From Deltaproteobacteria bacterium (GTDB lineage Bacteria; Myxococcota; Kuafuiibacteriia; Kuafuiibacteriales; Kuafuiibacteriaceae), in NCBI GenBank assembly GCA_040218735.1, contig JAVJQW010000027.1:27134-91133 (forward strand): 64,000 nucleotides of DNA, read 5' to 3'. The notes under the pieces are model-generated. The model had not been told where the DNA came from and did not search any database. It was given only the letters and a program-made list of their open reading frames with translations. Positions within the stretch are counted from its first letter, which is position 1, and each line of letters begins with the position of its first letter. Below, piece after piece: positions 11,998-22,416 of the stretch. A program made the translations under genes and the position numbers.

Positions 11998-13581
11998 CTA
12001 GCTGTTCGGGACGTCCTGCGGCGCCATCACAAAAGCGTGCTCGTAGCAGTACAGACCCACCAGCGCGAGCAGCGCGGGCAGCACCGGGACGCCGAAGTAC
12101 AGCACCCCGAACGCGGCGACGTGCCCGACGAGGATGCTGCCGACCCAGAAGTAGTTCTTGTACCGACCGTGCGTGATGTCGTGCGCGGCGCGCGCCGCAA
12201 CTTCACTTGCGTGGGGCATCCCGATCTCGCCGAGGATCATCACGCCGAGGTCGATCGCGATGCTCCACAGCGCGACGGTGCGCGCGAGCTCCGCGATCGC
12301 GCCGCTGATGGGGAAGACGTTGCCCGACGCGGCGAGGAACACTGCACCGGCCATCGTGGCCTGGATGACGAGGTGAATCGGGAGGAGCGGGCTCTGCCAG
12401 AGATCGCGACCCTCCGCCTGGCCGAAGAGGAACGCGGTGTACGACGCGACGCCGATCGCGAGCGGCGACGCCGCGAGCAGGATCCACGGCCGCGCCGCGG
12501 CGAGCGTGGCGTCCGGGACCATCCCGAAGAGGTTGCCCAGCTCGATACCCATCCAGCCGGTCACCACGATTGAGAACGCGATCAGGATAAACGCGCCGCG
12601 CGTCAGCCAACTCTTCCACTGCGGCGTGAGGATGATGCGCAGGAAGCGCCCCGGCTTCTCGAGGTCACCCACGAGCAGCACCGTCGTGATCAGCGTGAAC
12701 ACCACCGCAGTGGCGCTCGCGAAGACCCCGGTCGTCGCGCTCAGCTCCATGCCCATCCACAGCGCCAGCGCGAAGACCAACGCGACGCCGGCCGCGATGC
12801 CCTTGGTGACGAGGTACGCGGGCACCTGCCAGTGCCAGGGCACCTCGTGCTGCGCGTTGTACGAGACCTGCACCATGTGCTCGGAGACGCGCCCGCCGAT
12901 CTGGATCGGACCCGCCGCCGGCAGCCCCTGCGTCGAGTGCGACTGATCCGCGCGGATGTTCTCACCGTGCAGCGGCTTCACGTCGGCCCACATGAACGTC
13001 TCGGGGGTGCGCTCGGTCGCCGTCGGGTGCAGCGCGATGTCGCCGCCCTCGATGTAGAACAACTTCGGCCCCGTCCCCTGCTCGGGTTTACGGACCGTGA
13101 CCTTCTCGTTGTGGACGATCTTCGAGATCTCGGAGTGAGGGTCGTCCAAGTCGCCCGCGATGATCGCGTGTTCTGGGCACACGACCACGCACGCCGGCTC
13201 GAGCCCGATGTCCGTCCGGTGCGCGCAGTAGTGACACTTCGCGGCCGTACTCGTCTCCGGGTCGATGTGGATCGCGTCGTACGGACACGCCTGCAGGCAC
13301 GCCTTGCACCCGATGCAGCGACGGCTGTCGAAGTCGACGATGCCGTCCTCGCGTTGATACATCGCCGTGACCGGGCAGATGCGCACGCAAGGTGGGTTGC
13401 TACAGTGGTTGCAACGCGTGACCTGGAAGTGGCGACGGTTGTCCGGGAACGTGCCCGTCTCGGTGTACTTGACCCAGGTCCTGTACACGCCGAGAGGGAC
13501 GTCGTTCTCGCTCTTACAAGCCGTCGAGCACGCGTGGCAGCCGATACAGGATCGGTTGTCGATGACGAACCCGAAGTTCAC
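11998..13581 (-). CDS. 4Fe-4S dicluster subunit fused to NrfD/PsrC membrane anchor
   Basis: CIGCHACSTAC, CNHCSNPPCVRIC, CIGCKACLQAC, CHYC...CVVVC; then W(H)WQVPAYL, DLEKPGRF, SWLTRGA and multiple TM helices. Confidence 0.93.
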   Translation of the reverse strand: MNFGFVIDNRSCIGCHACSTACKSENDVPLGVYRTWVKYTETGTFPDNRRHFQVTRCNHCSNPPCVRICPVTAMYQREDGIVDFDSRRCIGCKACLQACPYDAIHIDPETSTAAKCHYCAHRTDIGLEPACVVVCPEHAIIAGDLDDPHSEISKIVHNEKVTVRKPEQGTGPKLFYIEGGDIALHPTATERTPETFMWADVKPLHGENIRADQSHSTQGLPAAGPIQIGGRVSEHMVQVSYNAQHEVPWHWQVPAYLVTKGIAAGVALVFALALWMGMELSATTGVFASATAVVFTLITTVLLVGDLEKPGRFLRIILTPQWKSWLTRGAFILIAFSIVVTGWMGIELGNLFGMVPDATLAAARPWILLAASPLAIGVASYTAFLFGQAEGRDLWQSPLLPIHLVIQATMAGAVFLAASGNVFPISGAIAELARTVALWSIAIDLGVMILGEIGMPHASEVAARAAHDITHGRYKNYFWVGSILVGHVAAFGVLYFGVPVLPALLALVGLYCYEHAFVMAPQDVPNS

Positions 13582-13593
13582 GGACGCGGGGAT

Positions 13594-13609
13594 AGCAAGA
13601 GGTAGGCCT
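13594..13609 (-). promoter_or_regulatory. sigma54 promoter of the molybdoenzyme operon
   Basis: AGGCCTACCTCTTGCT on the minus strand (GG-N10-GC). Confidence 0.7.
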
Positions 13610-13751
13610 GTCCGCTAGCCGGCCTCCGGACGGTGTGCGCGCCGCAGCATGTTTCATTCGGTTTCGTGCGGTCGGAACGGATCGCGTTGCGTCGACGCCG
13701 TCCGGTGAACAACGGGACGGATTTCGGTGCGGCGACGGTGCCTTGCTGCGC

Positions 13752-13767
13752 TGGTACGCGCCGTGAA
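13752..13767 (+). promoter_or_regulatory. degenerate sigma54 promoter of the YeeE/YedE operon
   Basis: TGGTACGCGCCGTGAA (GG-N10-GA), 14 nt before the ATG. Confidence 0.5.
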
Positions 13768-13781
13768 GTCACGACCGAGCC

Positions 13782-14207
13782 ATGGAGAACTTCACGCCCG
13801 TCACGTCGTTGGTCGGGGGCATCCTGATCGGCCTCGCGAGCTTCGGCCTCTTGGCCTTCAACGGACGCATCGCCGGTATCAGCGGCATCACCGGCGCGTT
13901 GCTCGCGCCCAAGGCCGGCGACGTCGGCTGGCGCCTCGCCTTCTTCTTCGGCCTCGTGCTCGGCGGCATCGTCATGGGCGCGCTTCAACCGCAGTGGTTC
14001 GAGTACGGCCTCGACCGATCCGTCGCGACCGTCGCCATCGCCGGTCTCGTCGTGGGATTCGGGACGCGCCTCGGGAGCGGGTGCACGAGCGGCCACGGCG
14101 TATGCGGAATCAGTCGCCTCTCGGTCCGGTCGATCGTCGCCACGGTGACGTTCATGGCGACCGGCGCCATCACCGTCTTCCTGTTCCGAACGTGGGGTGC
14201 ATCGTGA
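13782..14207 (+). CDS. YeeE/YedE family sulfur transport protein
   Basis: [10 protein letters not shown] and [21 protein letters not shown] motifs. Confidence 0.92.
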   Translation: MENFTPVTSLVGGILIGLASFGLLAFNGRIAGISGITGALLAPKAGDVGWRLAFFFGLVLGGIVMGALQPQWFEYGLDRSVATVAIAGLVVGFGTRLGSGCTSGHGVCGISRLSVRSIVATVTFMATGAITVFLFRTWGAS

Positions 14208-14650
14208 AAGAGATCATCGTCAGTCTGGTGTCCGGCTTCACCTTCGCGGTGGGCCTCGCCGTCTCCGGCATGACGCAGCCGACCAAGGTCGTCGGCTTCC
14301 TCGACTTCCTCGGCGACTGGGATCCGAGCCTCGCGTTCGTCATGGGCGGCGCGATCGCCGTGTACCTCCCGCTGTTCCGGTGGGTCCGCAACCGCGAGCG
14401 CGCGTTCCTCGGCGCCAAGTTCCTGATCCCCACGCGCAAGGACCTCTCCCCGCGGCTCATCGCGGGCTCCGCGCTGTTCGGCATCGGCTGGGGACTCGCG
14501 GGCTTCTGTCCGGGCCCCGCGATCGTCGCCGCATCCTCGCGCATGTCGATGGGGCTGATCTTCTTCGTCGCGATGGTCACCGGCATGCTCTTGTTCCGCG
14601 CGTTCGAATTTGCTTCGCAGCCGGCCCCCGCTCCTGTGAAGTCCTCCTGA
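14204..14650 (+). CDS. YeeE/YedE family partner protein
   Basis: [38 protein letters not shown]; GTGA overlap with the upstream gene. Confidence 0.92.
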   Translation: MKEIIVSLVSGFTFAVGLAVSGMTQPTKVVGFLDFLGDWDPSLAFVMGGAIAVYLPLFRWVRNRERAFLGAKFLIPTRKDLSPRLIAGSALFGIGWGLAGFCPGPAIVAASSRMSMGLIFFVAMVTGMLLFRAFEFASQPAPAPVKSS

Positions 14651-14651
14651 G

Positions 14652-15269
14652 ATGTCCTGGCTCGTCGCTCCGCTCTACGACCGCATCATGCGTGGGACGG
14701 AGGCGGCGTGTCTGGCCGCGTGGCGCGCGGAGCTCCTCGCCGACCTCGAAGGAGACGTCCTGGAGATCGGCGCGGGCACCGGCGCGAACATCGCGCACTA
14801 CGGTCCACGCGTGGAGCGCGTGCGTTACTTCGAACCAGACCCGCACATGGCGCGTCAGCTGAAGACGAAGCTCGCCGCGGATCCGAAACGCGGTGCGTCG
14901 GACGAAGTCGTCGAGGACCTCGCCGCCGTCGCCGACGAAAGCCACGACGCCGTCGTCTCCACGCTCGTGCTCTGCACCGTCCCCGATCCGACGGCGACGC
15001 TCGCCCACGTGCGGCGGGTGCTCGCGCCGCACGGCCGGTTCGTATTCCTCGAACACGTCGCGGCGCACGAGCACCCCGAGCGCCTCGCGTGGCAGCGCCG
15101 CCTCGAGCCGCTGTGGAAGCGGGTCGCGGGCGGTTGCCACCTCACCCGCGAGACGGCGCAGACGATCGCGGACGCCGGGTTCACGCTGGAGCAGCTGCAG
15201 CGCGAATCGATGCGTAAGGCCGTACCCTGGGTCCGCCCCACGGTGCGCGGCGTCGCCATCGTCCGTTAG
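14652..15269 (+). CDS. class I SAM-dependent methyltransferase (METTL7/thiol-methyltransferase-like)
   Basis: VLEIGAGTGAN, DAVVSTLVLCTVPD, FLEHV, GGCHLTR. Confidence 0.85.
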   Translation: MSWLVAPLYDRIMRGTEAACLAAWRAELLADLEGDVLEIGAGTGANIAHYGPRVERVRYFEPDPHMARQLKTKLAADPKRGASDEVVEDLAAVADESHDAVVSTLVLCTVPDPTATLAHVRRVLAPHGRFVFLEHVAAHEHPERLAWQRRLEPLWKRVAGGCHLTRETAQTIADAGFTLEQLQRESMRKAVPWVRPTVRGVAIVR

Positions 15270-15321
15270 GCATCCGATAGGCACTGGCCCTCGGCCCCGG
15301 CGGGACGGATACTGGATCGGC

Positions 15322-18297
15322 GTGACGGCGCCCAAGCCGCCAGACAAGATCGAAGACTATCGCCTCGAGGCCCGGATCGGTCAGGGGGCGATGGGCCACG
15401 TGTTCCGCGCGCGCGACGAGGCGCTCCAGCGCGACGTCGCGGTGAAGTTCATGAGCGACGAGCTCGCCGCGCAACCCTCCGCGCGCGAGCGCTTCCGCAC
15501 CGAAGCGCGCGCCGCCGCGCGGATCCAGCACCCGTCCGTCGCGCAGGTCTACAAGGTCGGCGAACACGACGGCGTCCCGTTCATGGTCTCGGAGTTCGTC
15601 CGGGGCCGCTCGCTCGACACGTTCGAAGGCGGGCTCCCGTGGCGCGAAGCGGCGCGCTACGGCGCCGACCTCGCGCGAGGCCTCGCGGCGGCACACGCGT
15701 GCGGTGTTCTGCACCGCGACATCAAACCGTCCAACGCGATCGCCACCGACGACGGCGTGAAGCTGATCGACTTCGGCCTCGCGAAGCTCGCGCCGGAGGC
15801 GCCGCGCGAGGACTTGACGCTCGACCCCGACGCCCCGCCGAACCTCACGCGCTCCGGCGCGGTGATGGGCACGCCGTACTACATGCCGCCGGAGGCGTGG
15901 CGCGGCGAGGCGGCGACCGTGCGCTCCGACGTCTACTCACTCGGCGCGCTCCTCTACGAGCTCGCTTCAGGATCGCCGCCGCACGGTCGTATCCGCACCC
16001 GCGAGCTGCAGCAGATCGTTCAGGTCAACGAGCCGCGCCCGCTCGCGGAGCGCCTCGGTACGGCGGACGCGGAGGCGTTCGCGGCGGTCGTGGATCGATG
16101 CCTACGCATCGCGCCGGAGCAACGCATTCACACTGCGGCGGAGCTCGCGGAGCTCCTCGCTTCGGTGACGGCGCCCATCGAAGCCGACCCGCGCTCCGAG
16201 CGCGCCGCCGCCGAGCTGGACGCGGCGCGGGTGCTCGTCGTGCACGCCCACGAGGAGGCCGACGCCGTTGCCTTCGCACGCGATGTGTTGCTGCCGTACG
16301 TCGCGCAGCAGACGGGGCGATCGCTGGTCCGCGTGCAGGCTCGGACCGCGGCGGACGTCGAGGCGGCGCTGACGATCAAACGACGCGACGACGCGACGGT
16401 CGCCGACGCCCCGCTCTTCGAGGAGCCACCGCCCGAGGAGGACGAGGTCGAGCTTCGGCGTGACGTCGTCGTGTTGGTCGAAGGTGGTGCACACGCCGAC
16501 GCGTCCTGGCGTTCCACGTTCGAACGCCTCACTCCGAACGCGTGGCTCGTGCTCCCGGTCGCCACATCGGCCGTGCCGCCGTTGAGCGGCGCCCTCGCGG
16601 CGGCCGTCTTCGGGCTCGACCCCGAGCGCAAGCGGTCACGTTGGCCCTGGCTCCTCGTGGCGGCGATGGGGATCGCGTCTGCCGCGGCGGTGTGGGTCGC
16701 GGACGCGCCCTCCGACGTGCGCATCGAAGACCTGGAGCGCGTCACGTTCGAAGACGGTTGCGAAGAGTTCCCGTCGCTGACGCCGGACGGGGAGCGACTC
16801 CTCCACGACGCGGAGCTCGACGGTCGCTACGCCCTGATCCTCCGGGACCTCGTGAGTGGGCGCGCCGAGCCGATCACCGGTTCGACCGAAGGCTGGGAGT
16901 TCGCGCCCGCGGTGTCCCCGGACGGCGCGCGTTTCGCGTACATCCGACGCACCGACGGCGTGTCGCGCGCGTACGTCGCGACGTTCGAGGCGCCGACGAA
17001 GTCGCGTGAGATCGCGGTGGGGCGGTTGCGTCCCTCGTGGACGCCCGACGGTCGCGCGGTTTGGGCGGGGCCGGGGACGAAGCCACAGCGTTTCGATCTC
17101 GCGACGTCCACGGTGACACGTACGCTCACGCCGCCGCCCGAGACGCAGCTGCTCCACCTCCGCGAGATCCCGGACGGCCGCATCGTCGCGATCCCGTTCG
17201 CGGAGGACATCAGCTCCGTCGGTCGTGGCTTGGTGATCTACGAGGGCGACACGCCGAAGTGGTTGTTCGAGCGCGACGTGCTCGAGGTGTTGGAGGTGCT
17301 CGAGGACCAGGCGCTCGTCGCGCACCGAACGCAGTCGGAGAAGGTGCAGCTGTGGCGTGTTCCATTCGATGGAACGGAGCCGACGCCGCTCTCGGCGGGC
17401 GGCGTCGAGGCGCGCGCCGGGCTCGCGGTGCGCGGGGATCGGATCGTCTGGTCGAACTGCCGCATCGAGCAGAAGTTGACGGCGCTCGCCGACGAAGAGG
17501 GTGAGCAAGCCTTCGTTCCGCTGGTGAAGGGGGACTGGTCCGACTACGAACCGGCCGCGGTGCCCGGCACGGACCTGGTGCTCGCGTTGTCGTTGCGCTC
17601 CGGCAAGGTGCGCATCTGGGAGATCGATCTCTCGCGGAAACGTCCGGCGCGGATGCTCGAGACCGGAGCACCGGAGCCGGTGTCGGTCGCGGTGTCGCCC
17701 GACGGAACGCAGGTCGCCTTCGGTACGGAGTCCGACGGCATCTTCGTCATGCCGCGCGACGGGAGCGCCGCGCCGAAGCTCGCGGTGAAGGGCGCGCACA
17801 ACTACTACCCGTCGTTCACCGCGGACGGCCGCGCGCTCGTCTACCAGTCGGAGAACAAGGACGGGTTGGACCGCATCGACGTCGTCCCGCTCGACGGCGG
17901 TCCCACCGAGCGCCTCCTCGACGCCAACGCCGCCGACCCGGCGGTGTCGGTGGACGGCAAGACGGTGGCCTTCGTCCTCGAGACGGACCCGGACAACGAG
18001 CTGGGCCACGTCGTCCTCTTCGACCGCGCGACGAAGCAACACGAACGGCTGACGATGGAGCTGGACGCCGGCTGGTACCACAACCTCCGCTTCTCCCCCG
18101 ACGGCGAGCGCCTGCTGCTCCTGGAGAGCGGCACGAAGCTCTACGAGGTCGACTTGGCCTCGAAGAAGGTCGTGAACCGCCGCGACGCGGGCGCGAACCA
18201 GTTCATGGGCGTCACCTACCGCGGCGACGACATCGTCCTGGGCTTCATGCAGTGGTCCGGAGACCTGTGGTCGGGTCGCCTCCGAGTCGGCCGCTGA
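15322..18297 (+). CDS. membrane Ser/Thr kinase with extracytoplasmic TolB-like (PD40/WD40) beta-propellers
   Basis: IGQGAMGHV, VAVK, HRDIKPSN, DFG, GTPYYMPPE; a TM helix; repeated P(S/A)xSPDG blades. Confidence 0.9.
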   Translation: MTAPKPPDKIEDYRLEARIGQGAMGHVFRARDEALQRDVAVKFMSDELAAQPSARERFRTEARAAARIQHPSVAQVYKVGEHDGVPFMVSEFVRGRSLDTFEGGLPWREAARYGADLARGLAAAHACGVLHRDIKPSNAIATDDGVKLIDFGLAKLAPEAPREDLTLDPDAPPNLTRSGAVMGTPYYMPPEAWRGEAATVRSDVYSLGALLYELASGSPPHGRIRTRELQQIVQVNEPRPLAERLGTADAEAFAAVVDRCLRIAPEQRIHTAAELAELLASVTAPIEADPRSERAAAELDAARVLVVHAHEEADAVAFARDVLLPYVAQQTGRSLVRVQARTAADVEAALTIKRRDDATVADAPLFEEPPPEEDEVELRRDVVVLVEGGAHADASWRSTFERLTPNAWLVLPVATSAVPPLSGALAAAVFGLDPERKRSRWPWLLVAAMGIASAAAVWVADAPSDVRIEDLERVTFEDGCEEFPSLTPDGERLLHDAELDGRYALILRDLVSGRAEPITGSTEGWEFAPAVSPDGARFAYIRRTDGVSRAYVATFEAPTKSREIAVGRLRPSWTPDGRAVWAGPGTKPQRFDLATSTVTRTLTPPPETQLLHLREIPDGRIVAIPFAEDISSVGRGLVIYEGDTPKWLFERDVLEVLEVLEDQALVAHRTQSEKVQLWRVPFDGTEPTPLSAGGVEARAGLAVRGDRIVWSNCRIEQKLTALADEEGEQAFVPLVKGDWSDYEPAAVPGTDLVLALSLRSGKVRIWEIDLSRKRPARMLETGAPEPVSVAVSPDGTQVAFGTESDGIFVMPRDGSAAPKLAVKGAHNYYPSFTADGRALVYQSENKDGLDRIDVVPLDGGPTERLLDANAADPAVSVDGKTVAFVLETDPDNELGHVVLFDRATKQHERLTMELDAGWYHNLRFSPDGERLLLLESGTKLYEVDLASKKVVNRRDAGANQFMGVTYRGDDIVLGFMQWSGDLWSGRLRVGR

Positions 18298-18389
18298 AAT
18301 TCGCGGGTCAGATCCTCGGGGCTCGCGACGAAACCCCCTACGTGACTCGCTGTATCGAAGGCGTCCTGCCGCGTTATGCTCCTGAAGAC

Positions 18390-19796
18390 GTGGGGTTCGA
18401 GACCGTCGAGGATGTCCGACTGACGGGCTGGGAGGCCTCGTCGACCGACAGCGCCGCCGACGAGGTCTGGGCGTTGGTGATCGCCTGGTCCGCCGAGGGC
18501 CTGGAGCGGTTGGGCGAGGTCGCGCTGTTCGGCGGCGCCGGGCCGTTTGTGCTCGGGCGTGGGCCGGAGGGCGACGGAGTGCGCGTGACGTTCGTCCGCC
18601 AGCGCCCGGGTGAGCAGCCCGCCGCGTCGCCGATCGAGGCGAAGGGGATCTCGCGCGACCAGGTTCGGTTCACGCCCGACGACGGACTCGTCGCGACGAA
18701 CGTCGGTCGCTGCAAGATGTTCGTGAACGGCGAGCCGCAGGACGAGGCGACGCTCGGCGAGGGCGACACCCTCCTCCTCCACAACCAGCTCCTGCTCGTG
18801 TGTGAGCGTCGGCCCGCGCGCCTCGCGCCGCTGCGCTCGTTGCCGAGTGACGCGGTCCCCGCGTTCGGCGCCGCGGATCGCTTCGGGATCGTGGGGGAGT
18901 CGTCGGTGATCTGGGGCCTGCGCGAGCGCGCGGCGACCGTCGCGAACACACCCGAGCACGTGCTCGTGCTCGGCGACAGCGGCGCCGGCAAGGAGCTCGC
19001 GGCACGCCTCATCCACGCGCTCTCGCGCGAAGGGCCGTTCACCGCCCGCAACGCCGCGACGATCCCCGACGCGTTGGTCGACGCCGAGCTGTTCGGCAAC
19101 GCGAAGAACTATCCGAACCCCGGCATGGCGGAGCGCGCGGGGCTCGTGGGCGAAGCCGACGGCGGCACGTTGATGCTCGACGAAGTCGCGGAGCTCCCGG
19201 AGCGCTCGCAAGCTAGCTTGCTCCGCGTGCTCGACGGCGGCGGTGAGTATCATCGGCTCGGCGACTCGTCGCAGCGGCGCTCCTCGTTCCGCTTCGTCGG
19301 GGCGACGAACCGCTCGAAGGAAGAGCTCAAACACGACCTCCTCGCGCGCCTGACTTCGCGCATCCTCGTCCCCGGCCTGACGGACCGCCGCGCGGACATC
19401 CCGCTCATCGCGCGGCACCTGCTTGCGGCGCGCTGTCGCGAGACACCCGCCTACGCCGAGCGGTTCGGCGGTGAGCAGCTCCGCGTGGCGCCGCAGCTGA
19501 TGGAGCGGCTCGTTCGCCACCCGTATACACACCACGTTCGCGAGCTGTCGCGGCTGGTCTCGACCGCGCTCGCGACGAGCCCCGGCAACTTCGTCGCGCT
19601 CACCGAAGAGGTCGAAGCCGAGCTCGGTGCGCCGCCGACGCCCGTGACGCGGGACGTCGAACCCTCGGCCGAGGACATCCAGTCGGCTCTCGACGTCGCG
19701 AAGGGGAGCCGCGCCAAGGCGGCGAAAGCACTGGGGCTCTCGAGCCGCTTCGTCCTCTACCGGCTCATGAAGCGCCACGGCCTCGACGCCGACTGA
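18390..19796 (+). CDS. FHA-domain NtrC-like AAA+ activator with Fis HTH and a non-canonical GAFTGA loop
   Basis: FHA-like LGRG...ISR...MFVNG; GDSGAGKE; ELFGNAKNYPNPG; LMLDEVAEL; C-terminal HTH. Start approximate. Confidence 0.85.
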   Translation: MGFETVEDVRLTGWEASSTDSAADEVWALVIAWSAEGLERLGEVALFGGAGPFVLGRGPEGDGVRVTFVRQRPGEQPAASPIEAKGISRDQVRFTPDDGLVATNVGRCKMFVNGEPQDEATLGEGDTLLLHNQLLLVCERRPARLAPLRSLPSDAVPAFGAADRFGIVGESSVIWGLRERAATVANTPEHVLVLGDSGAGKELAARLIHALSREGPFTARNAATIPDALVDAELFGNAKNYPNPGMAERAGLVGEADGGTLMLDEVAELPERSQASLLRVLDGGGEYHRLGDSSQRRSSFRFVGATNRSKEELKHDLLARLTSRILVPGLTDRRADIPLIARHLLAARCRETPAYAERFGGEQLRVAPQLMERLVRHPYTHHVRELSRLVSTALATSPGNFVALTEEVEAELGAPPTPVTRDVEPSAEDIQSALDVAKGSRAKAAKALGLSSRFVLYRLMKRHGLDAD

Positions 19797-19809
19797 AGAC
19801 CAGACGGAG

Positions 19810-19901
19810 CGTGCGCGCACGTGCGCGCACGTGCGGGGCCGGGCGATCGCACGCCCGCGGGGCCCCAACACTTTTTCTGCGCAGATGGTCTGCACCTTGA
19901 A
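19810..19901 (+). promoter_or_regulatory. perfect 22-bp palindrome plus a sigma54-like promoter
   Basis: CGTGCGCGCACGTGCGCGCACG at 19810-19831; TGGTCTGCACCTTGAA at 19886-19901. Confidence 0.5.
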
Positions 19902-19913
19902 AGGGGGAGGGGG

Positions 19914-22310
19914 ATGGCATCGGGGGAGCGCGCGCCGAAGACCTTGTGGGCCTGTCTGGACCTCGCGGACCACTGCCTCGGTGCAGAGGGCGTGCAGACC
20001 CTCGACGTGGCGGCCGCGCTCGTCGATCGCGCGACGTGTGCGCTCGAGGTCGCGCCGTCCTCCGAGGCGACGGAGGTGTTGGCCGTCGCGATCATCGAGC
20101 GCTCGGCGCGGCTCGTCGAGGCGTACGCGGGGTATCGGATCGCCGAGTCGCTAAGGCACCTCGAAGCCGCGAAGCGCGCGCTGGCCGACGCGCTGTTCAA
20201 GAACACGAAGCTGCGACGTCGCATGGAGGCGGTCCTCGGGACCGCGGCGATGAACGCGCTCATCACCTACGACTCGCGCCTCGACGCGATCGTTCAGTCC
20301 GAGGGTTATCTGGTCGGGGTAGGGGACGAGCTGCTCGGTACGGCGCGTGCGTTCCTGTTCGGCAGCACGGCGGGCGGAGCGCGGGCCGCCGCCGCGCGCC
20401 AGAGGCTCGCCGAGCTCGAGGCCGCGCTCGATCGCGTGGACGACGTGTGGAACGTGGCCGAGCGCCAGATCGAGAACGGCTATCGCGAGCTCACCGCGCC
20501 GCTCGAAGACGGCGACCGTGACGGCTGCGCCGAGGTCACCGCGCAGCTGATCGTCGGCTCGGAGCAGCTCGCGGTCGGCTGGGAGATCGCCGTCGCGGAG
20601 CGTCGCGAGCTGACGCTCCTGCACGGGCTCCGCGTGTTGGCCAACGAGCGATCGTCCGACCCTGCGATCTACGCGGCGGACGGGACGGTGCGCGGGTTCG
20701 TCGGCGGCGGCGAGGAGTGGGCGGCGTTCGTCGAGTGTGTCGCGACCCGCGAGCTCCCCGTCGCGCGGTTGTTGACGCAGAGCCTCGTCGAGACGCGCGC
20801 GGCGCCGTCGGATTTACCGGCCGCCGTGATCACCGAGCGGATGCGCGACGCGGTGTGTCCGCCGACGCGTGACCTGCTTCCGAAGCTCTCGGTGGTGGTG
20901 CTGGTCGCGCTGGTGCAGTCGACGACGACGGCGTGCCTGATGACCCCGAGCAACGGCGAGTCGGTCGCGAGCACGACGGCGCCGATCGAGCTCACCGGTT
21001 ACGCACAGGCGGCAAACGCGACGGTGCAGATCGCCGCGGCGCCGTCGGCCGCGGGCCCCTTCACTACCATCGCGACGACGCAGGCGTCGGCGTCCCCGTC
21101 CGAGTTCTGGGGCGGAGCGCAGCTGTACGCGTTCGACGTCACCGCGGTCGTTCCGGCGTCGTCTTGGTCGCCGGGGTGCCTGGAGGACGAGGCGTTCGTC
21201 CGCGCCTACGGGAACAGCATCGCGCTGCCGACGTACGACCACCCGTCGGTCGCCGCGGAGCACCCGGGCGTCTGTTTCCTCCGCGAGGAGGCCGCGGGGA
21301 CGAGCTTCTACGACGCGCTGTTCATCTGCGCGTCGCCGGACAGCCCCGTCGCGCGCATCACCGCACCCGCGGACTACAGCACGACGCACGTGGGCGACGT
21401 GACGATCGACGACGCGGCGGACGTCGCGGCGTTCTCTTGCGTGGGGACGATCGACGGCGACCTGGAGATCACCGGCCCGTTCGCACTCGACGTCTCGCTG
21501 CCCGCGCTCCAGGTCGTGACCGGGGACGTACACATCGACTACCCGCGTGACGGCGCGGGCGTCGGCCGCACGGTGCAGCTCCCTCGCTTCGCGACGATCG
21601 GTGGCGACCTGTTGATCACGACGTCCGGCGGTACACCCGCGGAGCTGGACTTCGGGCTCGAAGCGCTCGTGAACCTGGGGCGCAACCTCACGCTGCAGCT
21701 CCAGGTCGGCGGCATCGAGTCGTGGGATGGGCTCGACGCGCTCGTCCACGTCCCGGGTGACTTCGCCATCGACCAGAGCAGCGGTGACATTCGCGTCGGC
21801 GCGCTGACTTCGCTCGAGGTCGTGGACGGCGACGTCACCCTCGACATGGCGGGGACGGTGCCGGGTGACTATCTGCCGTCACTTCGGATCGTGGGGGGTG
21901 ACTTCGTCGTGCCGTTTGCGCGGTTCACGGGGACGATATTTCCGGCGCTCGAGATGGTCGGCGGTGACTTCACCCTGAGTAGATGGGTTCAGACTTTTCA
22001 GTTGGGTCCCATGGGTAACACGCAGGCCTTCGCTGCACTCGACTACGTGGGTGGGGCGCTGACGCTCCTGCACGGGGCGCAGTACGCCCTCTTGGATCTC
22101 GGGGCCCCGACCCTCGACGTCGGTGCGTTCATGCTGACGAGTCCGACCGTCGCTACGCTCGGAACGACCTCGATCGCGGTGCGCGGCGCCGGCGCGATCG
22201 TCATCGTCGACAACCCGAACCTGTGTACGTCCGAGGCCGAGGGGTTCGTCGCCGGGCAGTCGCTGCGTTGGTTCGGCACGGCGACGATCGCTGGCAACGA
22301 TCGCTGCTGA
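19914..22310 (+). CDS. large hypothetical protein: helical N-domain, internal lipobox-like segment, receptor-L-domain/LRR-like repeats
   Basis: GGAGG then ATG; internal VVVLVALVQSTTTAC; repeats L(P)xLxxVxGD(F/L)xI; ends IVDNPNLC...IAGNDRC. Confidence 0.75.
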   Translation: MASGERAPKTLWACLDLADHCLGAEGVQTLDVAAALVDRATCALEVAPSSEATEVLAVAIIERSARLVEAYAGYRIAESLRHLEAAKRALADALFKNTKLRRRMEAVLGTAAMNALITYDSRLDAIVQSEGYLVGVGDELLGTARAFLFGSTAGGARAAAARQRLAELEAALDRVDDVWNVAERQIENGYRELTAPLEDGDRDGCAEVTAQLIVGSEQLAVGWEIAVAERRELTLLHGLRVLANERSSDPAIYAADGTVRGFVGGGEEWAAFVECVATRELPVARLLTQSLVETRAAPSDLPAAVITERMRDAVCPPTRDLLPKLSVVVLVALVQSTTTACLMTPSNGESVASTTAPIELTGYAQAANATVQIAAAPSAAGPFTTIATTQASASPSEFWGGAQLYAFDVTAVVPASSWSPGCLEDEAFVRAYGNSIALPTYDHPSVAAEHPGVCFLREEAAGTSFYDALFICASPDSPVARITAPADYSTTHVGDVTIDDAADVAAFSCVGTIDGDLEITGPFALDVSLPALQVVTGDVHIDYPRDGAGVGRTVQLPRFATIGGDLLITTSGGTPAELDFGLEALVNLGRNLTLQLQVGGIESWDGLDALVHVPGDFAIDQSSGDIRVGALTSLEVVDGDVTLDMAGTVPGDYLPSLRIVGGDFVVPFARFTGTIFPALEMVGGDFTLSRWVQTFQLGPMGNTQAFAALDYVGGALTLLHGAQYALLDLGAPTLDVGAFMLTSPTVATLGTTSIAVRGAGAIVIVDNPNLCTSEAEGFVAGQSLRWFGTATIAGNDRC

Positions 22311-22416
22311 GTCCCGACGCGTCTCAGCTCGCGTTCGTCCGTCGACGCCAATGGTCCGGCGAAGTCCGATCCGAATTCGGCGGTGAAGATCGCCGCGCCG
22401 GGGCACTGCCTCGGGC

